Positions 8,327-17,210 of a DNA stretch of 64,000 nt are shown piece by piece (the stretch's first letter is position 1; every line of letters starts with the position of its first letter). Source of the stretch: a virus; the IMG/VR virus record IMGVR_UViG_3300017754_001832; one strand, given 5' to 3'. The position numbers were made by a program, and so were the translations under genes. A model generated the notes under the pieces. The model searched no databases, was not told the DNA's origin, and saw only the letters and a list, made by a program, of their open reading frames with translations.

Positions 8327-8483
8327 GGCGTGGACTCCGGATACGGGCGCCGCCGGGTAAGGTGACGCTAGGTTATGCTCCGGACGAGCATATGGGGCGC
8401 CCGGCGCGTGCGCGCCTGGGTGCGCGCGTGCGCGTACACTACGGGAATGACTCGTGTAGTGCAACGCCAGGCCGGCCGGGCTC

Positions 8484-8574
8484 GGGAATTTTGGGACTTT
8501 GGATTCATTCTGGGAATTTTGGGGCGCCAGCGTCAATTTTTTACAGTTCCGAATCGAGCCGGGGAATTTTGGGG
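8484..8574 (+). repeat. Three direct copies of GGGAATTTTGGG(G/A), operator-like
   Basis: Copies at 8484-8496, 8512-8524 and 8562-8574, in the divergent region between the endolysin and the middle operon. Confidence 0.7.
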
Positions 8575-8614
8575 CTTTCGAGTCAAGTTTTGAAAATATC
8601 AAGTCAGCCCCCGC

Positions 8615-8643
8615 TTGACTTGCAGATCGGGGGTCGGCATAAA
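8615..8643 (+). promoter_or_regulatory. Sigma-70-like promoter, possibly giving a leaderless mRNA
   Basis: TTGACT (8615-8620), 17-nt spacer, CATAAA (8638-8643). The ATG at 8650 has no SD. Confidence 0.4.
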
Positions 8644-8649
8644 CGGCCA

Positions 8650-8850
8650 ATGGGAAAGCCAGTAACGCACTACGCCTACGTCCGGACGGGGATGTTCGGT
8701 TCGGACACCACGATCACGGGCTCTGCCTGCGGTCGGGAGACGGGCCTCGAAGTCGGCATCAACTCCGACGACGATCTCGACAAGGTCACGTGCAAGCTGT
8801 GCCTCAAACATCCTCGGTATCTCAAAGCGAAAGCAGCAGCAGCCAAATGA
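8650..8850 (+). CDS. Hypothetical small Cys-containing protein (66 aa)
   Basis: Internal ATG of ORF 8362..8850 (MGKPVTHYAY...). Contains C..C...CxxC. Confidence 0.5.
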   Translation: MGKPVTHYAYVRTGMFGSDTTITGSACGRETGLEVGINSDDDLDKVTCKLCLKHPRYLKAKAAAAK

Positions 8851-9275
8851 ACACCCCGATCCTGCCCACCAAGCGTCAACTCGACGAGCGCGACTTCTTC
8901 ATGCGCCGCCACGAGAACAACATCGAACACGCCTCGCCGGCTCTGCTCTCCACCATCGACCAGAACATGCCGCCGCCGGTCATCGTGAACTCCATCAAGA
9001 CGATGGACAACCTCATGGTGGGCCTCGGCCCTCGCATGATGCTGATGATGATGGCGGACACCTGCATGGGCCTCATCACCAACTCGCCGCCGGTAGATAA
9101 GCGGGCGATGGAGATCGAACTCGGCTCGTGGAACCGCGCGCTCTACATGCTGGCGAACCACCCGACGAAGTATCTGGAGATGGCGCAGGAGTTCGAGTTG
9201 CTGCGCGCCGTGAAGATGCGCGACGAGGTCGAGCCCGGCGACGTGGTTTCGGAAAAACCGAAAACGGATTCCTGA
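8847..9275 (+). CDS. Hypothetical protein (142 aa)
   Basis: ATGA overlap with the upstream gene (MNTPILPTKRQL...). Confidence 0.6.
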   Translation: MNTPILPTKRQLDERDFFMRRHENNIEHASPALLSTIDQNMPPPVIVNSIKTMDNLMVGLGPRMMLMMMADTCMGLITNSPPVDKRAMEIELGSWNRALYMLANHPTKYLEMAQEFELLRAVKMRDEVEPGDVVSEKPKTDS

Positions 9276-9318
9276 AAACGAATCTCTGAAAACGAATCTG
9301 ATTTTATGAATCTGATTC
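9268..9318 (+). repeat. Tandem CTGAAAACGAATCT x2 with five GANTC sites in an AT-rich spacer
   Basis: Repeat copies at 9272-9285 and 9286-9299. GANTC sites start at 9268, 9280, 9294, 9308 and 9314. Confidence 0.75.
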
Positions 9319-9359
9319 TACGAAGCGACGAAACGAAAAGCGACTGAGGGGAAGCGACT

Positions 9360-10148
9360 TTGGGTTATCTGTTTGACCGAGCGATCCGGATCAGCCACGA
9401 CACGGGCAAGCAGTGCCCGGTCGCCGAGGGACGTGCCGTCTACGTGATGGAGAACGCCGCTCGGGAAGCCGCCGCCCACATCTTCGCCGGCATGGCGTCC
9501 GAACAGTTGATCCGCTTCCTGTTCCTCCCGTTCCCCGAACTCTGCATGGAGTGGCGCCACGAGGACGAGCAGGTCTGCGTGCTGATCGAAGAGTCGAAGG
9601 CCACCAACTCGAAGACGGGCGAGGAGTTCGACTCGGTCACGGTCGCGATCCTCGTCGAGAACGAGGCAGGCCGTCAGTGGCAGGCGTCGATGTATTACGT
9701 CCGCGCGGTGAACAGCAACGGCAACATCCCGTGGGATGAATCGCCCGCAGCGAAAGCGATCCCCGAGAACAAGCGGATGTCGAGCGACGCGCACAAGAAC
9801 CTGATGGCAGAGATCATCGTCCAGGTCGCGCTCCTCAACGCGCCAAACCTCCGCACCGCCGAGGCGCGCGACATGAGCAAGCTCAACAAGGCTCGCGCGA
9901 AGAAGGGACAGCCCTTGCTGTGCGGCCACACCGTGATCCGCCCGGCCGCAGAGACCCGTGAGTGGCTGCGCGCAAACGCCGACGTGGACCGCAAGCCCGC
10001 CATGCAGCATTGGGTCAAAGGCCACCTCCACACCTACTGGACAGGCCCCAAGACCGAACAGCAGAAGCCCGTCATCAAGCTCCTGGCTCCGCACAAGCGC
10101 GGCAACCCGGAGCGGGGTGAGAAACCCCAAAGGTACATCGTCACATGA
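9360..10148 (+). CDS. Hypothetical protein (262 aa), TTG start
   Basis: ORF track. GAGGGG lies upstream. Composition is protein-like, unlike the antisense ORF 9318..10130. Confidence 0.65.
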   Translation: MGYLFDRAIRISHDTGKQCPVAEGRAVYVMENAAREAAAHIFAGMASEQLIRFLFLPFPELCMEWRHEDEQVCVLIEESKATNSKTGEEFDSVTVAILVENEAGRQWQASMYYVRAVNSNGNIPWDESPAAKAIPENKRMSSDAHKNLMAEIIVQVALLNAPNLRTAEARDMSKLNKARAKKGQPLLCGHTVIRPAAETREWLRANADVDRKPAMQHWVKGHLHTYWTGPKTEQQKPVIKLLAPHKRGNPERGEKPQRYIVT

Positions 10149-10828
10149 ACTCTTTTCAGAAACGTGCGGCAGCCGACAAGCGCAAGCCGCCCATCACAAC
10201 CAAGATGACGGCGGAGGAGTATCTGCGCCGTCAGAACGCCCGCCCTCCGTTGGAGCCGGTGTGCGAGGGGTTCCTGTTGACCGGCGTGGGATACTGCACG
10301 CTCCGCGAAGTCTGGGAGGGTCGGGGACTCAACAAGAAAGGTGCGTCTCTAACTGACAGAACAAAGGCCGTCCAAGCCTTGATCGCGAAGCACCCCGAGA
10401 TCACGCTAGCCTTGCTCACGATAGGAGCCCAAGTCGCCGTGGGCGAGATCAGGGCTACTGAATCGCAGAACAAGATGCGGGCCGCGATGAACCAGCCGGA
10501 ACGGGCCAAGCACCTGCACAATAAACGATCCGCGACTGTTAAACGGCGGCAGGCGGAGGACTCGGTCGCCCTCACGAAGATCGCAGCGTTCGACCGGATC
10601 GTTGAGATGCTTGACCACCAGAAGGTCGGCGACAAGATGCTCGGAGACTGCCGCAAGTCTGATCTTCTTCGCGAGGCCGTTCGTCTCGACACAATTTCAG
10701 ACGAGGCGAAACTGCGAGCATCCTTCTACCGCCAACTCGCCAAAATGATCGGAGACAAGACAGTTCGCGGCGCACAGGACCGTGGCGGCATCGTTGCCCT
10801 CCTGACCCACACCTTTCAGGACGCTTGA
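10145..10828 (+). CDS. Hypothetical protein (227 aa)
   Basis: ORF track. ATGA overlap with the upstream gene. Confidence 0.7.
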   Translation: MNSFQKRAAADKRKPPITTKMTAEEYLRRQNARPPLEPVCEGFLLTGVGYCTLREVWEGRGLNKKGASLTDRTKAVQALIAKHPEITLALLTIGAQVAVGEIRATESQNKMRAAMNQPERAKHLHNKRSATVKRRQAEDSVALTKIAAFDRIVEMLDHQKVGDKMLGDCRKSDLLREAVRLDTISDEAKLRASFYRQLAKMIGDKTVRGAQDRGGIVALLTHTFQDA

Positions 10829-10829
10829 C

Positions 10830-11084
10830 ATGAGCATTCGTTGGACCCTCTGGACTGCCGGCGCAGCCTACCGCCTTTGGGTGGGTCTGATGATCGGCGC
10901 CGCGATCATGGGTGGCTGCGCCTCGCCGCCCAAATACAATTGTGCGTACTGGACACAGTTCGAGCCTGACATGCAGGCGAAAAGGGAGTATTGCTTTCCC
11001 GACTGCCCGTCCTGCGGCCCTGTGATCCGCAGCCGGAACCCCTACGAAGGACTCAAGCGCGATGTCGAGCCACAAGGAACTTGA
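10830..11084 (+). CDS. Putative lipoprotein (84 aa)
   Basis: N-terminal hydrophobic segment ending in the lipobox-like IMGGC. Confidence 0.55.
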   Translation: MSIRWTLWTAGAAYRLWVGLMIGAAIMGGCASPPKYNCAYWTQFEPDMQAKREYCFPDCPSCGPVIRSRNPYEGLKRDVEPQGT

Positions 11085-11265
11085 TTGGATTATCGAGCGG
11101 GCGCCCGTCACGAAGGCTATTCGCCGGGCACAAGACCTCTCGATCAACTTCTACTACCGGGCCGACATCGGCATGTCGGAACTCATGGATGCCTGCCACA
11201 GCATCTTCTATGCGCGCCTGGTCGAGGTGGACACGAAGCACTACGGCTGCGTGCAGGAGATGTGA
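11062..11265 (+). CDS. Hypothetical protein (67 aa)
   Basis: ORF track. Confidence 0.5.
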   Translation: MSSHKELDWIIERAPVTKAIRRAQDLSINFYYRADIGMSELMDACHSIFYARLVEVDTKHYGCVQEM

Positions 11266-11474
11266 TGAGCTACGCCGCACAAGTCAGAACCATGACCGCG
11301 TCCGAGCGGTTCGAGCTAGTCAACGCACTGCTCGCGATCTCGATCCAGCGCCACGGCCCGTTGGTGATCTCCCGAGCGGATGTCGCTCTCGAACTCATGG
11401 GGGCCGCGCACAAGACGGTCTACATCAAAGACCTGCCCAACGGCGACTTCGAGGTGATGGTTCACAAGCAATGA
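11265..11474 (+). CDS. Hypothetical protein (69 aa)
   Basis: ATG overlaps the upstream TGA (MSYAAQVRTM...). Confidence 0.5.
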   Translation: MSYAAQVRTMTASERFELVNALLAISIQRHGPLVISRADVALELMGAAHKTVYIKDLPNGDFEVMVHKQ

Positions 11475-12088
11475 CCCGGCGCGAGCAGATCGAAGCGAAG
11501 ATCGCGGCCCGATCCCACTACGAGGATCGCGGATACGAGACGCCATGCCGTATCTGGGATGGCCCCAAGAGCGGCGACCCCGAGAAGACGCGGGGCCACG
11601 GCTACGGGCGCATGAACCTCGACGGCGCAACTGTTGCAGTTCACATCGCCGCGTGGGTCAACGTGAACGGCCTGATCCCGCCGCGAAAACAACTCGACCA
11701 TTTGTGCCATCAACGGGACTGCTGCGAGGAGCGACACTTGAAGCTGAAGACGCACAAGCAGAATCAGCGCAACAAGAAACCGAAGCTCTCCCTCGTCGAG
11801 GTTGACCTGGCCCACATCGAACAGCGCGTGGTCGCGGCGATGATGGATGCGAAGCCCCTGCACCGGATGCCCGGCCAGCACGAGCCGGTCGAATACGGCC
11901 ACACGATCACAGGCCGTATGCGCCGGGCCAACCCGAACCCGTGGGGTGGCTACAACGAGAACGTGCCGGCGCCTGACGGCTTCGACCCGACGAACCCGAG
12001 TGACTCCTCCTACAAGGACCAGGTCATCGGTCACGACATACCCGCAGACCGGCTTCCGCCGGCCGCGCCTATGGTGGAAGACGAATGA
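11471..12088 (+). CDS. HNH homing endonuclease (205 aa)
   Basis: ATGA overlap with the upstream gene. Motif LDHLCHQRDCCEERHL is typical of HNH_3-type nucleases. Confidence 0.8.
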   Translation: MTRREQIEAKIAARSHYEDRGYETPCRIWDGPKSGDPEKTRGHGYGRMNLDGATVAVHIAAWVNVNGLIPPRKQLDHLCHQRDCCEERHLKLKTHKQNQRNKKPKLSLVEVDLAHIEQRVVAAMMDAKPLHRMPGQHEPVEYGHTITGRMRRANPNPWGGYNENVPAPDGFDPTNPSDSSYKDQVIGHDIPADRLPPAAPMVEDE

Positions 12089-12372
12089 AAACGAAGAAGC
12101 CCAAAGAGCCGTTGCCTGTCCCTGAGAAGGCGACCTCCTGCATGATGACCTCGATCCCGAAGTCAGCCGGCGTGTTCTGGACGCCTGGCATCGGCTACCG
12201 CGAGAAGTATTACCAGCCGACCGCGCTGGTACTCTACTTCGACGGATTCGGCCTGCGCCGCGTCTACATCAACCAGAGGGGCCAACATTGCGTGAAGATC
12301 AATCGGCGCCATCGCCGAGTCGACATCGCAACCATGTCCCTCATCCAGCCAAAGGTGCCTGATGCGAATTGA
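12085..12372 (+). CDS. Hypothetical protein (95 aa)
   Basis: ORF track. ATGA overlap. Confidence 0.55.
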   Translation: MKTKKPKEPLPVPEKATSCMMTSIPKSAGVFWTPGIGYREKYYQPTALVLYFDGFGLRRVYINQRGQHCVKINRRHRRVDIATMSLIQPKVPDAN

Positions 12373-12568
12373 AGTCTTCAACGCCTCGAAGAAGCACATC
12401 TGGACGCTCGAAGTCGGCTTCCCTGTGCCTCGCATCGGCGAGACCATCACCTTCAGCGAGCCCTACCCGAACCGCAACCCGCATCGCGTGATCCACGTCC
12501 ACTATGTCGCCGTCTCTGGCATCGGACAGTCGCACGCGGAGATTTTAATCAACGAGGAAGCACCATGA
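12362..12568 (+). CDS. Hypothetical protein (68 aa)
   Basis: ORF track. Confidence 0.5.
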   Translation: MRIEVFNASKKHIWTLEVGFPVPRIGETITFSEPYPNRNPHRVIHVHYVAVSGIGQSHAEILINEEAP

Positions 12569-12903
12569 GAATTGCAACCAAGCTCGGCCTTGCGGAGTGG
12601 TTCGAGAAACAAGCTGCCGATGAGGAGCGAAGACTCGCTCAAGGCCATCCCTACGCGGACCTCTACCGGGACCGCGTGGAGCAGTATGTCCACAACTGCC
12701 GCACCGCCGCCTACGCGATCCGCAAGCTCACCACCGAGCAGGAGATCGACATGCTCGAATGGCAGGCCGGCGGGCCTGACGGATCGGGAATCGAGTCCTA
12801 CGACAACCCGATCAAGATCGTGCGCCCGGTCGCCGAGATCGAGCCGCCGACGAAGCGTTCGTGGATCGACAACTTCCGTGATCCGCTCTGGGACTACGGC
12901 TGA
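12565..12903 (+). CDS. Hypothetical protein (112 aa)
   Basis: ORF track. ATGA overlap. Confidence 0.6.
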   Translation: MRIATKLGLAEWFEKQAADEERRLAQGHPYADLYRDRVEQYVHNCRTAAYAIRKLTTEQEIDMLEWQAGGPDGSGIESYDNPIKIVRPVAEIEPPTKRSWIDNFRDPLWDYG

Positions 12904-13148
12904 TGCCGTATCGTCCATTGAAGGGGCGCCCCGACCCCGAAGAGATCGCGGAGGCCATCAGGTGGCTCCAGAAGAACGATGTCGATGACGATTCCGGCCG
13001 GGCGTGCGGGAAGGTCGCGGTCCTCCTCCAGAGCATCCGGAAGAAAGACCTCAAGAGGATCGAGGAGAGCATCACGCTCGACACGATCCGGGCCTCGGGG
13101 CTTGGCGAACTCCTCGGGGTGCTGGATTCCGAGGGAAAACTCGGGTAG
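12903..13148 (+). CDS. Hypothetical protein (81 aa)
   Basis: ORF track. Confidence 0.55.
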   Translation: MPYRPLKGRPDPEEIAEAIRWLQKNDVDDDSGRACGKVAVLLQSIRKKDLKRIEESITLDTIRASGLGELLGVLDSEGKLG

Positions 13149-13220
13149 GGGAAATTCAACCTTTTCTGACCCGCAAAAAATTATTGACGAATTGCCGATG
13201 GAAACGAGTCTCGAAACCTA

Positions 13221-13613
13221 ATGGCGGCCCGCTCTAAAACTCCCAAGCTCGACGCTGCCGTGGCCTGGCTCGCACAGGCGAAGAAGGGCGAGCGTATGGA
13301 GGTCTGGCGTGGTCATCTCGACCGTGCCTGCGCCACCCCCGAGTCCAACATGAGCAACGCGCAGCGGCGGACCCACCAAGCCGCCGCGCGCAAGGCCCGC
13401 AAGCTGGGGAAGAAGCGGCCCGACCCGCCCGATCCATACGCCAAGGTCCGCGAGGAAGCCCGACTCATGATCGAGTGGCTTGAGCGCAATGAGCTTCGCG
13501 GTCTGATCGAGATCAAGATCACGGTGATGGATGCGAAGCTGCACGACCGCATCTACGAAGTCGAGTGCGCGGTCCAACGCAACGGGCTTGCAGCGGTGAG
13601 GGCACGTCGATGA
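13221..13613 (+). CDS. Hypothetical protein (130 aa)
   Basis: ORF track. Confidence 0.6.
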   Translation: MAARSKTPKLDAAVAWLAQAKKGERMEVWRGHLDRACATPESNMSNAQRRTHQAAARKARKLGKKRPDPPDPYAKVREEARLMIEWLERNELRGLIEIKITVMDAKLHDRIYEVECAVQRNGLAAVRARR

Positions 13614-14728
13614 TCCCAGCATACTACAACGAGTTCGACGAGTTCGCTGCGCAGTGGCTCCGCAACCTCATCGCGGCAGACAAGATCGCGCCCGGCGAAG
13701 TCGACTCACGCGATCTCTGGGACGTTGCGCCCGATGATCTCAAGGGCTTCGGCCAAGTCCACCTCTGCGCCGGCATCGGCATCTGGTCGCACGTCATACG
13801 ACAACTAGGAGTCCCTGATGACTACCCAATCTGGTCCGCATCCTTCCCTTGCCAGCCTTTCAGCGCGGCAGGTCAAGGACTTGGGTTTGCTGACGAGCGG
13901 CACCTATGGCCCGCCGGGCTTCACGTCATTCGAGAGCGACGCCCTGTCCGCATCGTTGGCGAACAGTCTTCAGCGAAAGCTGGACTCGCTTGGATGGAGC
14001 TTGTTCAAGCTGATCTGGAAGCCGAGGGCTATGCCGTCGGGCGGACAGATATATGCGCTGCGGGGTTCGGCGAGGCCCCAGGAAGATCGTACCATATTCG
14101 TCAACGACTCTATTGGGGTGCTGCGCAGTTGGCCGACGCCGACAAGCCGCGATCACAAAGACGGCGCGTCAATCGGGACGGCGGAGACGAATGGCTTGCT
14201 CGGGCGGGTGGCTTGGCTAGCAGGCTGGCCGACAGCGGTAGCCTCCGACGAGAAGTGGCGCTACTCCAATCAGGACGCAGCACTTCGCAGGGCAGCGAGC
14301 GGCAAGCAGATGTGTCTGGAGTCGACGGCCCATCTCGCGGCGCCATTGAGTGGGTGGGCGAGCCCGACGGCATCCGACGGCTCCGGTGGACGAACGAAGA
14401 AAACCAAGGGCGGGGGCGGGGCCTACGTGGACGCACAGGCGAGGCTGGCGGGGTGGCCGACACCTCTGGCGGCGCCGACGGGCCCGGCGAGCCACGGGCA
14501 GAGCAGCGGCAAGTATCGGGAGAAGGTTCTGGAGCTAGTCGGCGATCCGTCGATCTCATCCTCTGCAACGACCCCGAAGGTCCGGTTTACAGGCCGGTTG
14601 AGGTCGGGACATTCCCGCTGGCTTCAACGGATACCCACCGAGTGGGCCAACTATCTGCCTACGGCAACGCGCTCGACACGGAAGCCGCCAAAGCCTTCTT
14701 CGGGGCGTGGATCGAGCACGCCCCGTAG
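13610..14728 (+). CDS. DNA (cytosine-5) methyltransferase (372 aa)
   Basis: ATGA overlap start (MIPAYYNEFD...). Motifs FPCQPFSAAG (motif IV), ADERHLWP, IVGEQ, HIRQRLYW and the C-terminal GTFPLA...RVG...YGNAL (motif X). Confidence 0.85.
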   Translation: MIPAYYNEFDEFAAQWLRNLIAADKIAPGEVDSRDLWDVAPDDLKGFGQVHLCAGIGIWSHVIRQLGVPDDYPIWSASFPCQPFSAAGQGLGFADERHLWPAGLHVIRERRPVRIVGEQSSAKAGLAWMELVQADLEAEGYAVGRTDICAAGFGEAPGRSYHIRQRLYWGAAQLADADKPRSQRRRVNRDGGDEWLARAGGLASRLADSGSLRREVALLQSGRSTSQGSERQADVSGVDGPSRGAIEWVGEPDGIRRLRWTNEENQGRGRGLRGRTGEAGGVADTSGGADGPGEPRAEQRQVSGEGSGASRRSVDLILCNDPEGPVYRPVEVGTFPLASTDTHRVGQLSAYGNALDTEAAKAFFGAWIEHAP

Positions 14729-14753
14729 GAAACTTGATCGGATTCTGGGTTGA
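13818..14753 (+). CDS. ORF in the +1 frame, fully overlapping the C5-MTase gene (311 aa). Carries GWPTPxxxD repeats and an SRWLxxxPxEW tail.
   Basis: Own SD (AGGAG, 13807-13811) 6 nt before ATG 13818. Host-gene GC3 falls from about 82% to about 54% exactly here. See findings. Confidence 0.5.
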   Translation: MTTQSGPHPSLASLSARQVKDLGLLTSGTYGPPGFTSFESDALSASLANSLQRKLDSLGWSLFKLIWKPRAMPSGGQIYALRGSARPQEDRTIFVNDSIGVLRSWPTPTSRDHKDGASIGTAETNGLLGRVAWLAGWPTAVASDEKWRYSNQDAALRRAASGKQMCLESTAHLAAPLSGWASPTASDGSGGRTKKTKGGGGAYVDAQARLAGWPTPLAAPTGPASHGQSSGKYREKVLELVGDPSISSSATTPKVRFTGRLRSGHSRWLQRIPTEWANYLPTATRSTRKPPKPSSGRGSSTPRRKLDRILG

Positions 14754-14819
14754 CTCCCTGATTATTGCCACCCCAAGCCCCGTGGTGTAAGGGTCTATGG
14801 CTAACCCGGAGGACGCAAC

Positions 14820-15158
14820 ATGAGCACGACCGTCGCAGTCTACGGCGAGGACAAACACGTTGGCGGTCTTCCCGTGGGCAACCCCGAGTTCCGATACGAC
14901 GACGTGCTCGGCGCACAGGACTCCAACAGCAACACATGGCCCACTGATTCGCTGGTGCGGATCACCACGCCGCGTCGCCTGACGCGCCTCGTCATTATCG
15001 AGACGGACACGCCGCTCGAAGTCGCTGTGACCTACATGAATGAGACGCCTGACTCGGTCGTCGCCATGCCTGTTCGACCTGCCACGGGTGGCCGCGTCGC
15101 CTACTCGCTCATCGTCGAAGGCGGCCGGGCTAAAGTCTGGACCCGGAGGATCGACTAA
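14820..15158 (+). CDS. Hypothetical protein (112 aa), probably virion-associated; carries DSNS
   Basis: GGAGG RBS. Contains QDSNSN. Translationally coupled to the fibre-like gene. Confidence 0.65.
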   Translation: MSTTVAVYGEDKHVGGLPVGNPEFRYDDVLGAQDSNSNTWPTDSLVRITTPRRLTRLVIIETDTPLEVAVTYMNETPDSVVAMPVRPATGGRVAYSLIVEGGRAKVWTRRID

Positions 15159-16618
15159 TGGGAGCGTTTAGCTACTCCTCTGCCGGCGCCGGAATCCTGC
15201 CCGAGGGCTCGGTGTCTGACGCCGAACTCGCGATCATGGTCGCGCTCTCGATCAAGGGCAACCCGACGAACGCCTCCGCTTCGCCGCAGGACATCGTGGC
15301 GTCTGCCAACGGGCAGTTCCTCGGACGCACCTCAGACGCGCTGTCTTTCCAGGCGATCACGGGCGCTCTCGTATCGAACACCCCCTCGGGAAACCTTGTC
15401 GGGGTTACGGTGCAGGCGGCAATCGACGAGCTTGAGGCGGGTAAGGCAAAGCTGGCATTCAACAACACCTATACTGCAAACACCCACACATACAACTTCA
15501 CGAGCAACGGCTCGCTCTCGCTCAACGGCGATGACGTGACTTGCACCATCACGCAGACGCGGTTCGGGAACAACGCTACCAGCCCGATCATCAACAGCCG
15601 CAAGGCGCGTGGCTCACAGACCACCCCTCTCGTTGTCGCCACGAACGACAGCGCGGGGGTTTACAACTTCACATTCTACGATGGGAGCGGGTACACCACT
15701 GGCGCGCGTCTGACATCCAACGTTATCGAAACTACGCCGTCTTCTACGGCAATGGCGACGCGACCGCGCTTCCTCGCTTGCGCGGTGGGCTCTACGACTC
15801 TCTCCGATCTTGTGGCGTGGGACCACACCAACGGGCAGACGATGTTCGGCACGTCCAACATCGTGATCGACGCCAACCGCATCCTGCGTCCACGCTCCTA
15901 CACGATCTCCACGCTCCCGACGATCACGACGACGGGCATCATCCATTGCTCGGACCTCGGCCCGACGGCGAGTTCGGCAGGCTCGGGCCTGCTCATGTCG
16001 AACGGAACCAATTGGGTTCGCGTATCGCAATCGGGCGTCGAGTCCATCGCCAGCGATGCGGCCTACGACGCGACCTGGCAGTATCTCACGAACGCCCCGA
16101 CCATCCGTGGCGCGGCTTCCATGACCGCAGACCGCACGTACACCCTTGGCACGACTAACGTCGTCGTGGGTGCCCGCGTTCGTGTGGCGAGGCTCAACAC
16201 GAGCGCGTTCAACTGGTCGATTGTCGGCCTGACGACGGCGGTCCTCGCGCGCTCGGGCGATTGGGTCGAGTTCGAGTATTCTCTCGCGGGGTGGATTCTC
16301 ACCGCGCACAACCTCTCGAAGCCGTCCGGTGTCGCCACGATCTCCACAGACGCAAACCACACCGCGACCTACAGCGTTTACGGCGGCGCCGATCACGTGC
16401 GCGGCAACGCCACCTTGACGGCGACCCGCACCTACACGCTTGGCACGACGGGTGCAAAGAACGGCGACCGAGTCACGATCACACGTCTCGGAACAGGCGC
16501 GTTCAATTGGGACATTGTCGGAAGCACCACGGTCTCCCTGACCGCCACGAAGCAGTGGGTCACATTTGAATACGACGGCAGTGCATGGAACATGGCTGCC
16601 GGCGGGACCATCCCCTAA
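15158..16618 (+). CDS. Tail-fibre-like protein (486 aa) with a duplicated C-terminal domain
   Basis: Ser/Thr/Gly/Asn-rich. Has TVQAAIDELE. Two repeats of about 95 aa (DRTYTLGTTN...WVEFEY and TRTYTLGTTG...WVTFEY). Confidence 0.6.
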   Translation: MGAFSYSSAGAGILPEGSVSDAELAIMVALSIKGNPTNASASPQDIVASANGQFLGRTSDALSFQAITGALVSNTPSGNLVGVTVQAAIDELEAGKAKLAFNNTYTANTHTYNFTSNGSLSLNGDDVTCTITQTRFGNNATSPIINSRKARGSQTTPLVVATNDSAGVYNFTFYDGSGYTTGARLTSNVIETTPSSTAMATRPRFLACAVGSTTLSDLVAWDHTNGQTMFGTSNIVIDANRILRPRSYTISTLPTITTTGIIHCSDLGPTASSAGSGLLMSNGTNWVRVSQSGVESIASDAAYDATWQYLTNAPTIRGAASMTADRTYTLGTTNVVVGARVRVARLNTSAFNWSIVGLTTAVLARSGDWVEFEYSLAGWILTAHNLSKPSGVATISTDANHTATYSVYGGADHVRGNATLTATRTYTLGTTGAKNGDRVTITRLGTGAFNWDIVGSTTVSLTATKQWVTFEYDGSAWNMAAGGTIP

Positions 16619-16631
16619 GAGGAATACGGAA

Positions 16632-17099
16632 ATGAAAATCGAGAACCGGGTCGTCTCTTTCTACGCCCAAATCCACGACGTGAACGCACCCGAGCGCGGC
16701 TTCGGCTACCACGTCAATTACGTCGAGGTGAAGACCTACGACGACGGCGAGGTGGTCATCAGCGGCGAACGGCAATGCAATGCCGCACGCGCTCTCGAAC
16801 TCGGCCTCGATCTTGGGCCGTCGCTCGCGGCGCTCAACCTCACGGCGCAAGCGGTCGCAGAGGAAAGCCACCAGCGCGCGGAGAAGGCGGAGGAGGCTGT
16901 TGCGGAGAAGCAGGCCGAGGTAGATCGCAATCAGGCGCTCGCCCTTGAGGCCATCCGGCAGCGCGATCTCGCCCTCGCCACGGTTAGCGCGGCACAGGTC
17001 GTCGCGGAAGTCTCAGCGGAGGCTGCGGTCGGGGCCCCTGCCGCCGAGGAGAAGTCCGAGTCCCTCATCAGCAAATTGACGCTGGGATTGTTTGGATAG
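16632..17099 (+). CDS. Hypothetical coiled-coil protein (155 aa)
   Basis: Internal ATG after GAGGAA (MKIENRVVSF...). Ala/Glu-rich C-terminal half. Confidence 0.6.
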   Translation: MKIENRVVSFYAQIHDVNAPERGFGYHVNYVEVKTYDDGEVVISGERQCNAARALELGLDLGPSLAALNLTAQAVAEESHQRAEKAEEAVAEKQAEVDRNQALALEAIRQRDLALATVSAAQVVAEVSAEAAVGAPAAEEKSESLISKLTLGLFG

Positions 17100-17210
17100 G
17101 CGCTTGACACAGGATTCATCTGAGTTCATGTTCGGCCCGTGGCGAGCAGGGTGAGAGTCCCCCGACCCGTGCAACCCACACCCTTTCCAGGGGTTGACCT
17201 CCCTAAACTC

